Positions 48,268 through 58,085 of a DNA stretch of 64,000 nt are shown in pieces. Numbering within the stretch: the first letter of the stretch is position 1; the number at the start of each line of letters is the position of its first letter. The stretch is from the IMG/VR virus record IMGVR_UViG_3300008262_000171. One strand, given 5' to 3'. The notes under the pieces are model-generated. The model saw nothing but the letters and a program-made list of their open reading frames with translations. It was not told the DNA's origin and searched no databases. The DNA comes from an uncultured virus (IMG/VR IMGVR_UViG_3300008262_000171) (Duplodnaviria > Heunggongvirae > Uroviricota > Caudoviricetes). A program made the translations under genes and the position numbers.

Positions 48268-49170
48268 TTAGAATCCTACACTGTTTGCTGGAGTAATGTT
48301 ACTTGCATAATCTCCTTCATAAATTGGTTCGAGTTCTTTAAATCCAAGATCCATTGTATATGAAATTGGAGATCCATCACTATAGGTGGAATAAACACCT
48401 TCACCAGTGTAATTCACCAACATATCAGTTAAAAAACATTGTTTGAATAAGTTTAAATATGGATGAATCTCTGGACCCTTTCTATAACTTAATTGGAAAA
48501 GATTTGGTGTTTTCAAAAATACATCACTTTGAGCCTTTGGTGCCATATTTAATTTAAATGTTTTTATTATTGCTCTAATTTGCTTTGCTTCATCTGGATT
48601 TCTAGGAGTCATTTTAAAAGAAAATTTAAAAGATCTCAGAGTCACTCCATTAAAAAGAAGTTCCATATTAGGATTTAGAATTTGACCAGATTCTCTTGCT
48701 AGAATTTGACTTAGTGTTAAGTTGCCTCCAAATGGAATATTAGCTGCTTGTGCTGCAATTGATTTTGTAAATATTTTTTGAGCGTCTGGATTTAACACAG
48801 TTACATCTGCTAAACCCTTTAAAGTATTTGCCAATGCATCTGTCACTGATCCAAGTGTTCCATTACGTCCACCACCAGTTATGCTATCATTTACAACATT
48901 GTAAACTTGTGCAGTTAAACCATCTAAACTAGAATCAGCATAAGAGACACTATTACCATCTTGAATATTAGATGGCATTGGTAATATTATGCTACTACTT
49001 AATGTTTTTGCTTTTTTTGGTTGAGTTACTGTTGTATCAAATGCAACACTATTTCTTATTAAATTTCCAGGACCAGTTGATCTAACTGCATCATATGAAA
49101 GTAGATCAACTCGCAAATAGTCAGTAGTATCTAATAGTGCTTCGTATGGATATCTTAGTATACTTGCCAT
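48268..49170 (-). CDS. gp48: Baseplate tail-tube cap, gp48-like
   Basis: LRYP, ILPMPSNIQD, NPNMELLFNGVTLRSFKFSFKMTPRN, FKELEPI. Confidence 0.85.
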   Translation of the reverse strand: MASILRYPYEALLDTTDYLRVDLLSYDAVRSTGPGNLIRNSVAFDTTVTQPKKAKTLSSSIILPMPSNIQDGNSVSYADSSLDGLTAQVYNVVNDSITGGGRNGTLGSVTDALANTLKGLADVTVLNPDAQKIFTKSIAAQAANIPFGGNLTLSQILARESGQILNPNMELLFNGVTLRSFKFSFKMTPRNPDEAKQIRAIIKTFKLNMAPKAQSDVFLKTPNLFQLSYRKGPEIHPYLNLFKQCFLTDMLVNYTGEGVYSTYSDGSPISYTMDLGFKELEPIYEGDYASNITPANSVGF

Positions 49171-49185
49171 TTGGCTATTTTTTAA

Positions 49186-49596
49186 TTATTTAGAAGGATT
49201 TTCTAAAAGATCTGCATATGATATCCGTTTCATGTCTGAAAGTTCTTCTTCTTGAACTGGATGAAGATCACCAATAATTTCACTCCAAGTATACTGTCGA
49301 GATTCTCCCCAATGAAAGTTGATTCCCATAAATCCCCAGTAAAATACTCCAGTTACGGCAACTAAAGGATAAGGATCATAACTCATTCCAGGAGTTTTGG
49401 CATTGTAAACAAAGGTATAAATCTCCCCGACCCGAGCACTGGTTTTACTAACTGCAGGAAGAGTTTGTTTTATCTTCTGCATCATGTCTGCAGGTTTTTC
49501 AAGACCATTGATTTCGTCTACAATCTCTCGCAGACGATTACTGTCATCATCAGTGGGGTTTTGTTCTCTTCTTTCTCTCAGAGTTTTTCTAGGCAT
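49186..49596 (-). CDS. gp2: DNA end protector, gp2-like
   Basis: YTFVYNAKT...YDPYPLV...GINFHW. Confidence 0.7.
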   Translation of the reverse strand: MPRKTLRERREQNPTDDDSNRLREIVDEINGLEKPADMMQKIKQTLPAVSKTSARVGEIYTFVYNAKTPGMSYDPYPLVAVTGVFYWGFMGINFHWGESRQYTWSEIIGDLHPVQEEELSDMKRISYADLLENPSK

Positions 49597-50042
49597 TACT
49601 GAATACCGAGTTCGTTTTCTGTTAAGACCTTAAACTCATAACCATGATCTGCACACCATTCTCGTGCTGCTTCCCACTTTGCCTGATTTTTGGCATATTC
49701 AACAACTTCATAGATATAACCTTTTGTTTTTCTTTTTTGAACTTTTGGTTCAATGGTTTGTTTCAGTGGTTTGATCTCAATAATGTATTTCTTAATCTTA
49801 CCATTCGGTTCTCTAACTTTGATATAAAAATCAGGGAAATATTTGTGATAATGATTATCCACAGGAGATCTGTATGGCAAACACATCTCTTCACTTCCCC
49901 ATTCCAAAATGTTTTGGTTGGTATCACAATATCTACAAAATTTTCTCTCCCAAGAAGATCGACATATGATATTATTGGGATCTCCCTTATATTTCTCTGG
50001 TGATGATGGTTTATATTTACTTTTATTATAATGATGTGCCAT
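49596..50042 (-). CDS. gp4: Head completion nuclease, gp4-like (TnsA-like fold)
   Basis: PEKYKGDPNNIICRSSWE, WGSEE, YFPDF, IEIKP..QT, NQAKWEAA. Confidence 0.92.
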   Translation of the reverse strand: MAHHYNKSKYKPSSPEKYKGDPNNIICRSSWERKFCRYCDTNQNILEWGSEEMCLPYRSPVDNHYHKYFPDFYIKVREPNGKIKKYIIEIKPLKQTIEPKVQKRKTKGYIYEVVEYAKNQAKWEAAREWCADHGYEFKVLTENELGIQ

Positions 50043-50472
50043 TTTTCCATCCTTTTACAGATTTTCTTTTGCCACTCATTAATTCTGATACATGACTTAC
50101 AGATAATCCTTGTTCTTTACAAAAGTGTCTAAGAGACTTGAAGTGAACAATTTCACCTGTTGGAGATACTACAGTTCCACCCTTGTGTAAAGATGGTTTT
50201 GTAGTTCCAATAGCAGATTTACTCATTTTTTCACGGGTTTTTGTTGAGTGTTTTTTTCCTGTCATACCATGGTTTTTAAGCCTAAGTTTTCTATCTTCTT
50301 CTGAAAGATTGTTCCAGTAAAATGCAGTTACTTTACTGTATAATTTGCGGGTTGAATCGTCATAACAATTCCACTCATCGTCATGGGAAGTGTCAATCCA
50401 AATATTACCAATAGATGGAATATTTAAAATTTTGGAAATAGTATCAGTGTTGTAATATCCTTTGTATGACAT
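50026..50472 (-). CDS. Homing-endonuclease-type DNA-binding protein (NUMOD3 + HTH), no nuclease motif seen
   Basis: GMTGKKHSTKTREKMSKS (NUMOD3); VSPTGEIVHFKSLRHFCKEQGL...KSVKGWK. Confidence 0.7.
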   Translation of the reverse strand: MSYKGYYNTDTISKILNIPSIGNIWIDTSHDDEWNCYDDSTRKLYSKVTAFYWNNLSEEDRKLRLKNHGMTGKKHSTKTREKMSKSAIGTTKPSLHKGGTVVSPTGEIVHFKSLRHFCKEQGLSVSHVSELMSGKRKSVKGWKNGTSL

Positions 50473-50513
50473 CTAAATACTTAATAATGTAAGACTCGTA
50501 TAAGGTATTTAGA
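50472..50513. promoter_or_regulatory. Face-to-face late promoters between divergent operons
   Basis: TCTAAATAC (50472-80, + strand) and GTATTTAGA (50505-13, - strand) form an inverted pair. Confidence 0.6.
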
Positions 50514-51383
50514 GTGGGCGATTCTCTTGTTCAAAAACTTAAAATGAGTCAGGTTAAGGGTGTAATAGGGACTCTGGCTCAAAATAATTACTATCTTGTA
50601 AATATACCTTTGAGTACTGCATTACAAAAACATTTTTCTACTAGCTATAATGATGACCCACAACTAAAAGAAATTAACAGATTTATGAGTCGATTGGGAT
50701 ATCTTTGTTCTGAGGCAACGTTGCCAACATCTTCTTATGCAACTGCCGAAGTCAAAGATAATTATATGGGAGTTACTCAGGAGTTTGCTCATACTCGTCT
50801 TTATACTGATATTGATCTAACTTTTTACGTTGATGATGAATATAGTACTCTAAGATTTTTTGAAGGTTGGATGGATTATATTGCCGGTGGAAATCAAATC
50901 AACGTAGAACCAGCAGCAGCATCATACACAAGTTCTTCACCAAACATACCAAGCGGATTGAGCCCTCATATTTACAGAAGATTCAATTTCCCAGATGATT
51001 ATAAAGTTCAAGAAATGGTAATTTACAAATTTGAGAGAGATTTTAATAAAGTTTTAGAATATAAGTTTGTTAATGCTTTCCCAAAAGCAGTTACTCCTCT
51101 TCCAGTAGCATACGGTCCTGCCGACATATTAAAGGTTACAGTTACATTTAATTTTGATAGGTATGTTGTAAGAAGAGTTGATTTAGGTACGAGATCTTCT
51201 TCTGCTCCACAAGTACCAACACCAAAACAAACACAACCTGGACAACCTCCTACAAAAAATACATCTTGGAGATATACACAAGAGCAATTACAACAATTTA
51301 GAGATCAAGCTTTCAGAGACACTACAAATAGAATTAATCAAGGATCTCAAAGCACCACTCCTAGAGGACCCAGAGAACGATAA
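50514..51383 (+). CDS. Tail tube-like / baseplate-tube junction protein (gp19/gp54 family)
   Basis: LCSEATLP, FAHTRLY..IDLTFYVD, FFEGWMDYI, NAFPKAV...LKVTVTF.FDRY. Confidence 0.8.
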   Translation: MGDSLVQKLKMSQVKGVIGTLAQNNYYLVNIPLSTALQKHFSTSYNDDPQLKEINRFMSRLGYLCSEATLPTSSYATAEVKDNYMGVTQEFAHTRLYTDIDLTFYVDDEYSTLRFFEGWMDYIAGGNQINVEPAAASYTSSSPNIPSGLSPHIYRRFNFPDDYKVQEMVIYKFERDFNKVLEYKFVNAFPKAVTPLPVAYGPADILKVTVTFNFDRYVVRRVDLGTRSSSAPQVPTPKQTQPGQPPTKNTSWRYTQEQLQQFRDQAFRDTTNRINQGSQSTTPRGPRER

Positions 51384-51417
51384 TAAATAATCACAACTGA
51401 AGTTATCATAGGTTATT

Positions 51418-52140
51418 ATGCCTTTACCAAAAATTAATACTCCAACCTATGAGTTGGAATTGCCTTCGACTGGAAAGAAAATTAGATACAGACCCTTTCT
51501 AGTCAGAGAAGAAAAAATCCTCATCATGGCACTCGAATCTGAGAACATGAAGCAAATTACGGATGCTATTGTTCAGATTTTATCAGATTGTATTTTAACA
51601 AAATCTGTCAAGGTATCAGATCTTTCTACATTTGATATCGAATACTTGTTCCTGAATGTTCGTGCCAAGTCTGTTGGTGAAACTGTGGAAGTGAATATAA
51701 CTTGCCCAGATGATGGTGAAACAACAGTTCAGATGGAGATTGATATTGATTCGATTAAGGTTCAGAAAAATAAGGATCACACGAACATTATCAAACTTGA
51801 TGACAATCTTTCAATGAAACTGAAGTATCCATCACTGGAACAGTTTGTTGAAAATAACTTTGAAACTAGTGATGATTCAAGTGATGTTAATAAGTCTCTG
51901 AGTATGATCACGTCTTGTATTGACATCATCTACGATTCGGAAGAAAGTTGGAGTGCAGCAGATTGCACCAAAAAAGAACTTGATGAATTTCTAGAGCAAC
52001 TTAATACAAAGCAATTCAAAGAGATCGAAACATTTTTTGTCACGATGCCCAAACTGTCTCATACAGTCACGGTAAAAAATCCAAACACTGGTGTTGAAAG
52101 TGAAGTAGTTCTGGAGGGTTTGGCAAGTTTTTTCAGCTAG
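51418..52140 (+). CDS. gp26: Baseplate hub assembly protein, gp26-like
   Basis: MPLPKINTPTYELELPS...RPFLVREEKIL, FDIEYLFLNVRAKSVGE, LEGLASFF. Confidence 0.9.
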   Translation: MPLPKINTPTYELELPSTGKKIRYRPFLVREEKILIMALESENMKQITDAIVQILSDCILTKSVKVSDLSTFDIEYLFLNVRAKSVGETVEVNITCPDDGETTVQMEIDIDSIKVQKNKDHTNIIKLDDNLSMKLKYPSLEQFVENNFETSDDSSDVNKSLSMITSCIDIIYDSEESWSAADCTKKELDEFLEQLNTKQFKEIETFFVTMPKLSHTVTVKNPNTGVESEVVLEGLASFFS

Positions 52141-52142
52141 GT

Positions 52143-52322
52143 ATGGCTCATACTAATCTTGAGTCATACTACAAGGTTAATTTTGCCCTCATGCAGCACC
52201 ATAAATATTCATTAACAGAGCTCGAAAATATGATTCCCTGGGAGAGAGAAGTATACCTTACTTTACTTGAACAGTATATTGAAGAAGAAAACCTAAAAGC
52301 ACAGCAGCAGAGTGGACATTAA
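52143..52322 (+). CDS. gp51: gp51-like baseplate assembly protein (59 aa), in the -1 frame of gp26
   Basis: MAHTNLESYYKVNFALMQHHKYSLTELENMIPWEREVY. Confidence 0.85.
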   Translation: MAHTNLESYYKVNFALMQHHKYSLTELENMIPWEREVYLTLLEQYIEEENLKAQQQSGH

Positions 52323-54192
52323 TCAGATCTATAGAGCACCAGCAGTACCGAAGTTGAGCAAGAGAAATATCTCTTCTTCGGTACTTCGTGCATCTTCTGC
52401 GATCTCATCCACAAGTCCAGTCACACCAAAACTAAGAACTACGAGATTTAGTTTTAGATCACCAATCAATTTATCAGAAAAACTTGAGGCACTGAAACCA
52501 AAGCCATTAGATGCTGAAAAAGTCTTATCTAAAAAGCAAGATACAGAAGAAAATACTTACAAAGCACTAGCAGAAACAAATAGAATTCTTGTTGAGATTC
52601 AGAAGCAACTGTCTCTTGACTTTGCAATGCGAATTGTAGAAGAGAAAGAAGCAGTTAAAAAAATAAAATCAGCAGAGTCAAAAAGAAAAGTCGCAGAAAA
52701 AGAAAAATCCGTAGAAGGTGTTGGTAAAAAAATTGCTGGTGTTGGACAGTCGATTGCAGAAAGAGTTACTGCTCCAATTAAAAGTGTTTTTGATAAGATC
52801 AAAGAATTTTTCTCTCTTATTCTTAGTGGTATTGTTTTAAATGTTGCGTTTAAGTGGTTACAAGACGAAAATAATAGAAAGTTATTAGATCAAATTTTCT
52901 ACTGGATTGGTAAGGCATTTGTACCAGCAGTTATTACAATTATAGGATTTAAAGTCTTTAAGTGGGTTCGAAGACTTTTTCTGCTTGGAAGATTTTTATG
53001 GAAGTTGCCTGGAAGATTATTTAATATATTTCAAAAAAAACCTCCTGAGGGACCAAAACCAAGTGTACCAAAACCAATATCTGGACCGTCAGTAAGTCGT
53101 ACAAATCAATCTTTCGCCAGATTTATCGAAGGAAAATCAAATATTGGAGATAGATTTAGACTACTTCGCAAGGGATTGATAGATCCAACTGGAATGTTAA
53201 CTAAAGGTGGTTTTACACCAGAAGGAACTTTAAAGGGAACTGGAGGATTTAAATTACCTAGTCTGCCTAAAATTTCACCAGGTTCTTTATTAAGAGGTGG
53301 AGCTACTCTTGGAATAGGTATTGGACTTGAGATGTTAGGAAAGTTTGCAATTAAAAAAGTGACTGATCCATTGATGGAAAAAACTAGAAAAGATACCATT
53401 AATAGGATTAACAGTTATGATCCAAATAAAAGAAGTAAAACTATTGAAAGGATACAATCTGATTTAGAGAAAGAAAAAAATTATCAATCTTCACCGCAAC
53501 ATTCTCTTGAAAAAATAATAAATCTAGGTTCTGCTACACAGAGTGAAGTAAAAATGGACTTTCTTTTATCACTTCTGAAAGATCTTGGAGAAACACCAAG
53601 ATTTGCAAGTGGGGGAACAGTTCCTGGTAAAGGATCCGGATTTGTTGATAGTGTCAAAGCAATGCTTGCTCCAGGAGAGGAAGTTATTCGAACAACTTCT
53701 TCAATGTTGTTCAGACCTCTCTTAAAAGACATCAATGATAATGCTGGAAGACTATGGGTACTTTTTACACAAGCAATTCGTAAATTGTTCACGGTTTCTG
53801 ATTATCAACGAGATGTATCTGAAGAATTTTCAAAAGTTATTAAAGATTTTGACAAATATTTAAAGGAAGAGATCTTAAAGAAAAAAACTAAACCAACTAA
53901 ACCTGGTGGAGGTGGGATGAGATCACCATCAATCTCTCCAAAAACTAGTGCTCCATCTCCATCGGTATCTGCGGCACCAAGAATTACAAACATCAGTATG
54001 AATGTTTCTGCTGGTTCTGGTGGTGGAATGACTTTCCTACCAATGGTATTACCAAAACAATCATCAAAACCACCACAAATACCACAAATGCAAGGTAAAG
54101 CAACAGATGTTCCTGTGATATCTCCAGTGAACTTTGCCAATCCTTATATGGAAGTCACACCTGGATTATATGGAATTCAGTTAATCGGATAA
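52312..54192 (+). CDS. Tape-measure/baseplate hub-like protein
   Basis: Coiled-coil, hydrophobic segments, FASGGTVPG...DSVKAMLAPGEEV motif; position after gp26/gp51. Confidence 0.6.
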   Translation: MDINQIYRAPAVPKLSKRNISSSVLRASSAISSTSPVTPKLRTTRFSFRSPINLSEKLEALKPKPLDAEKVLSKKQDTEENTYKALAETNRILVEIQKQLSLDFAMRIVEEKEAVKKIKSAESKRKVAEKEKSVEGVGKKIAGVGQSIAERVTAPIKSVFDKIKEFFSLILSGIVLNVAFKWLQDENNRKLLDQIFYWIGKAFVPAVITIIGFKVFKWVRRLFLLGRFLWKLPGRLFNIFQKKPPEGPKPSVPKPISGPSVSRTNQSFARFIEGKSNIGDRFRLLRKGLIDPTGMLTKGGFTPEGTLKGTGGFKLPSLPKISPGSLLRGGATLGIGIGLEMLGKFAIKKVTDPLMEKTRKDTINRINSYDPNKRSKTIERIQSDLEKEKNYQSSPQHSLEKIINLGSATQSEVKMDFLLSLLKDLGETPRFASGGTVPGKGSGFVDSVKAMLAPGEEVIRTTSSMLFRPLLKDINDNAGRLWVLFTQAIRKLFTVSDYQRDVSEEFSKVIKDFDKYLKEEILKKKTKPTKPGGGGMRSPSISPKTSAPSPSVSAAPRITNISMNVSAGSGGGMTFLPMVLPKQSSKPPQIPQMQGKATDVPVISPVNFANPYMEVTPGLYGIQLIG

Positions 54193-54195
54193 GAT

Positions 54196-55995
54196 ATGGA
54201 TAATCAAGTCAAGAATCTTAAACTGAATGTCACAAACATTAAAAGTTATTTGATTAGTTCAAATAAAGAACTAAGAAAACTTAGAGTTCAGAAAAAAGAA
54301 CTATTCTTTAAATTAGAGAAGCAAAGAGAATTAAGAGCAGAAGAAACCAGAGTAGAAAGTAAAAATTTAGGAATTGGTGCGAGATTCTCAAGACTTGCAA
54401 GTGTTGTAACTGCTCCTGCTAGAAATATATTTGATCAAATTTTAGATTTCTTTGGATTAATTGCACTTGGCATTTTAGTTCAAAAACTCCCTGCCATTAT
54501 CGCAAAAATTGAAGAATTTTTCAATAGTGACTTTATAAAATCAGTAGGAAATGTATTGACAACAATTGGAACAGGATTTCAAAAACTCGGAGAACTTATT
54601 AATCTCTTAACACCACAAAAGCAAAAAGAGATAGATCAAGATTTAAAGGCAATTGAAAAAGAGGCTGATGATGGTCTGAAAATGGCAGATCAATCAGATA
54701 AAGATATATCGCAACTAGAAAAGGAACTCAGTAAAAGAGAAAAAAATAATAAACCAAGTTCAACACCAAATGTGCCAATGACACTCATGGCACCTGGTTC
54801 AATGTATCCAGCAACTACTCCTCAGTCTTCAACATCTCAATCATCCCAAACTCCAACACCTGCAGCAAAACCACCACAAAAGTTTTCTAAAGGTGGAACG
54901 GTACAACCAGAACCACAAACTAGAGCACCATATCAACCAAGAAAAAGTGGTCAACTCAAAAGAGCAGAACGAGGTATGGGTAATGGATTTGAAGATTTTT
55001 CTTTAGCAGTTGAAAATATTAATCAAACGGCTCAAAGAGATGAAAAAAATGTAATGGCATTTGCAGAACTGTCAAAGAATTTTAGGGAATGGAGTTCTCT
55101 TTCAGGGTTATCTGACACAAGAAAAACTGGTCCTGGATTTGGTCCTCAACCGACTCCGGATCAACAATCAATTAGACAGCAACAATATTCTGGACAAACT
55201 TATGCATCTGGTGCTTCCATTGGGCCAACTGGAGATACAGACGGAAATCAAACTGGATTGGATATGAATCTTGCTGGTGGTATTGGGGCACCAATTTATG
55301 CACCATTTGACTTAATTTATAAGAGTAGAGGAACAGATGGAATGCCTTCCGTTGGTCTTCAAGGAACACCAAATGTTTTAGGAGGATCTGGTAGAGGTTT
55401 TGGATACTATGGTGCTTATTATTTCAAGAGAGGTAATAAAGAATATGAAGTTCTGATGGGTCACTTTAAAAGTTTACCATTTAAAGGAGCAAAAGAAGGA
55501 CAAGTAATACCTAAAGGAACTTTATTAGGATATCAAGGTGCATCTGGAAGAACGATTGGTGCAGGAAACCAACCATATCCTCATATATCACTTCATGTTA
55601 ATGGTGTTGGATTTAGAGCATCAAACTCTGTTTTGGTTGATGTTTCTAAAGATATTTTAAAAGGAAAACCATCTCCTGGTTCACAACCACCTGCAACAGC
55701 AATCAAACCAGCACAGATTGTACAACCACCCAGTGGAGTACAATTATCTCCTGCAGGATCAGGTGATCCAGTATCTGGAGCTGCCGGAAACCTTTTAAAG
55801 GCATTAGAAAGACCTGGTGGAGGTGGTAACAGAAAACTATTAAATAATACAAGTAGTCGTGGAAATCAATCACTGTTCATTTATGCGGTACAACCAGTAG
55901 AAACTTTTGTACCATTTCCATATCCAGTCCCAATGCAACAGGCATCCAGTTCATCACCACAAAGACAGAAGTTACCAGAAATATGGAGATTATAA
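54196..55995 (+). CDS. Tail-associated protein with an M23-like peptidase domain
   Basis: GLDM...IYAP, LMGHF, GTLLGYQGASG...PHISLH. Confidence 0.7.
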   Translation: MDNQVKNLKLNVTNIKSYLISSNKELRKLRVQKKELFFKLEKQRELRAEETRVESKNLGIGARFSRLASVVTAPARNIFDQILDFFGLIALGILVQKLPAIIAKIEEFFNSDFIKSVGNVLTTIGTGFQKLGELINLLTPQKQKEIDQDLKAIEKEADDGLKMADQSDKDISQLEKELSKREKNNKPSSTPNVPMTLMAPGSMYPATTPQSSTSQSSQTPTPAAKPPQKFSKGGTVQPEPQTRAPYQPRKSGQLKRAERGMGNGFEDFSLAVENINQTAQRDEKNVMAFAELSKNFREWSSLSGLSDTRKTGPGFGPQPTPDQQSIRQQQYSGQTYASGASIGPTGDTDGNQTGLDMNLAGGIGAPIYAPFDLIYKSRGTDGMPSVGLQGTPNVLGGSGRGFGYYGAYYFKRGNKEYEVLMGHFKSLPFKGAKEGQVIPKGTLLGYQGASGRTIGAGNQPYPHISLHVNGVGFRASNSVLVDVSKDILKGKPSPGSQPPATAIKPAQIVQPPSGVQLSPAGSGDPVSGAAGNLLKALERPGGGGNRKLLNNTSSRGNQSLFIYAVQPVETFVPFPYPVPMQQASSSSPQRQKLPEIWRL

Positions 55996-56000
55996 GATAA

Positions 56001-57287
56001 ATGGCAAATGCAGCACAGGCATCAGCATATGAACTTTTTGAGATTCAAAAAAATGGTAAGAGAGTAGATATTACTGGTCAGGATCCTTATGGTGCCAGAG
56101 TAACAAGTTTTGATTACTACGAGAGTTTGTTATCACCAAATATTACTGCAGTTTTATCTTTAATGGATGTTGGTGGTGCTACTACCTATGATAAAACTTT
56201 TGATAAGCAAACAAGATTTGGAACACTGAGTTCTGCACTTCCTCTGAATGGTGATGTAAATGTATCCTTTAAAATCAGATCAAAACTAGGAACTCTTGAT
56301 TTTACTAATAATCCTTTGGTATTTGATAAGCAGATCAATCCAAATCAAGAATCAAACCGTGAAGCAATTGTCATGAATTTGGTTTCAAAATCTGCCGTAC
56401 TAAATCAAGAGACCGCAATTTTTAAACCATACTCGGGTAATATCACAAATACTGTAGAAAAATTAGTTGCTGATTATCTGAAAACAAAACTTGCAACTAA
56501 AACACCAACTCGAAATTCATATTCATTCATTGGAAATACTCGTCATGTGTTTGATGTCATTTGCAGTCTAGCATCAAAATCTGTACCAGGAAGAGGGAAC
56601 CCTGGATATTTTTTCTATGAAACCAGAGATGGATTTAATTTTAGAGCAATTGATGACTTAGTATCTCAACCACCAGTTGAAACTTATTATAGAACAGATG
56701 TTTTAAGATCTGGTGTGGAGAATGATGAAAATGACTTTAAGATTGCACTTAAGTCAGACATTAAAAGAGAAGATCTAATCACGGCACTTAAGTCTGGAGT
56801 GTATCAAAGTCGTAATATTTTTTGGGATCCTCAATCTTTTAGTTATGAAGAGGGAATTTATAAGTTAACGGATAATGGTCTTGAAAAATCATTAGGTAAA
56901 AATCTATCTGTTCCACAATTAGATTCTTATACAAGAACTCATTTTCATATTAAAGACATTGGAGTTCTGAGTTCTAAAATAAAAGACGATCCAAATAATG
57001 ATCCAAAGGAATGGCAAGCAAAGTCAACAATGAGATATAATCTGCTATTCACTCAGATCATTCAAGTTCAAGTTCCATGCAATCCAAATCTGAGAGCAGG
57101 TAATACAATTCAATGTGACTTTGAGATTGTGTCACAGGGAAAGAAAACTCAGGGAGTTGGTGATCCGGTCAACAGTGGAAAATATTTGATTGTCAATTTG
57201 TGTCATCATTTTGATCCTTTAAGATCTTTTACATCAATGACACTAGTTCGTGACACTTACGGTCTATATACAAATAAAAGCAAGTAA
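56001..57287 (+). CDS. Baseplate hub protein (gp27-like)
   Basis: FDYYESLLSP, GYFFYETRDGFNFRAIDDL, NLRAG, SGKYLIVNLCHHF. Confidence 0.7.
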   Translation: MANAAQASAYELFEIQKNGKRVDITGQDPYGARVTSFDYYESLLSPNITAVLSLMDVGGATTYDKTFDKQTRFGTLSSALPLNGDVNVSFKIRSKLGTLDFTNNPLVFDKQINPNQESNREAIVMNLVSKSAVLNQETAIFKPYSGNITNTVEKLVADYLKTKLATKTPTRNSYSFIGNTRHVFDVICSLASKSVPGRGNPGYFFYETRDGFNFRAIDDLVSQPPVETYYRTDVLRSGVENDENDFKIALKSDIKREDLITALKSGVYQSRNIFWDPQSFSYEEGIYKLTDNGLEKSLGKNLSVPQLDSYTRTHFHIKDIGVLSSKIKDDPNNDPKEWQAKSTMRYNLLFTQIIQVQVPCNPNLRAGNTIQCDFEIVSQGKKTQGVGDPVNSGKYLIVNLCHHFDPLRSFTSMTLVRDTYGLYTNKSK

Positions 57288-58045
57288 TGAATAATTTAGC
57301 AACGGTCAATATCAATAAATTCTTTATTGCCCAAGTTGCTCCTGGTCAAAATCAGCATGTGAAAAATGCAAAGTGGCAAGATGCCCATGGAGATCGAGTT
57401 AGAATTCGAATACCTGGAAAGCATCCTAGTATGAATGAAGTAAAAGACGAAAACTTACCCTGGGCAATTGTTTTAAAATCAACTTCTCATGGTAACTTGA
57501 ATGGTGGTTCTTGTGGATTGTGGGGTGGTGAATGGGTCATGGCATGTTATTTGGATGAGAGTGAACAGATTCCAGCAGTCGTTCATGTATTTGGTAATAA
57601 CCTAACTCAATTTGACATACGAGAATCTAAAAATGGTACGACAGAATTCAAAAGGGTAGATCGTTTCAATTCTGGATTAACTCCTGGAGCTCATCAGATC
57701 ATTGGTGATGATACAAAACCAAAAGGACCAGCACAACCGACAAAGGAAGAAATTGCTGGAGCAACTAAAGATCCCCAATCCAAAAATGTATCAGAAAGTG
57801 GAATTCCAAAAGAACCTATAATCACAGAAAGTCCAGATGGGACAAAAACTGTTACTATTATTGATGCTGATGGAAACAAAACAAATTATACTTATAAAGA
57901 CCGAGATATTCCTGTTTCCACTCTCGCAACCTTTAATAAAATGCAGGAAACTGCTTTTAACCTACAAATGAGTAAAGAAGCAACACTTCGTGGAGATGAT
58001 GCTTCCGCAACTTTCTATGCCAATAGAGCAGCTGGGAGAGGATAA
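57287..58045 (+). CDS. gp5 N-terminal OB-fold-like baseplate protein
   Basis: RVRIRIPGKHP...LPWA...GGEWV...LD...Q.P. Confidence 0.7.
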   Translation: MNNLATVNINKFFIAQVAPGQNQHVKNAKWQDAHGDRVRIRIPGKHPSMNEVKDENLPWAIVLKSTSHGNLNGGSCGLWGGEWVMACYLDESEQIPAVVHVFGNNLTQFDIRESKNGTTEFKRVDRFNSGLTPGAHQIIGDDTKPKGPAQPTKEEIAGATKDPQSKNVSESGIPKEPIITESPDGTKTVTIIDADGNKTNYTYKDRDIPVSTLATFNKMQETAFNLQMSKEATLRGDDASATFYANRAAGRG

Positions 58046-58085
58046 TATGACCCATAAATATCAGAATAAGGAGGTGAAAATATAA

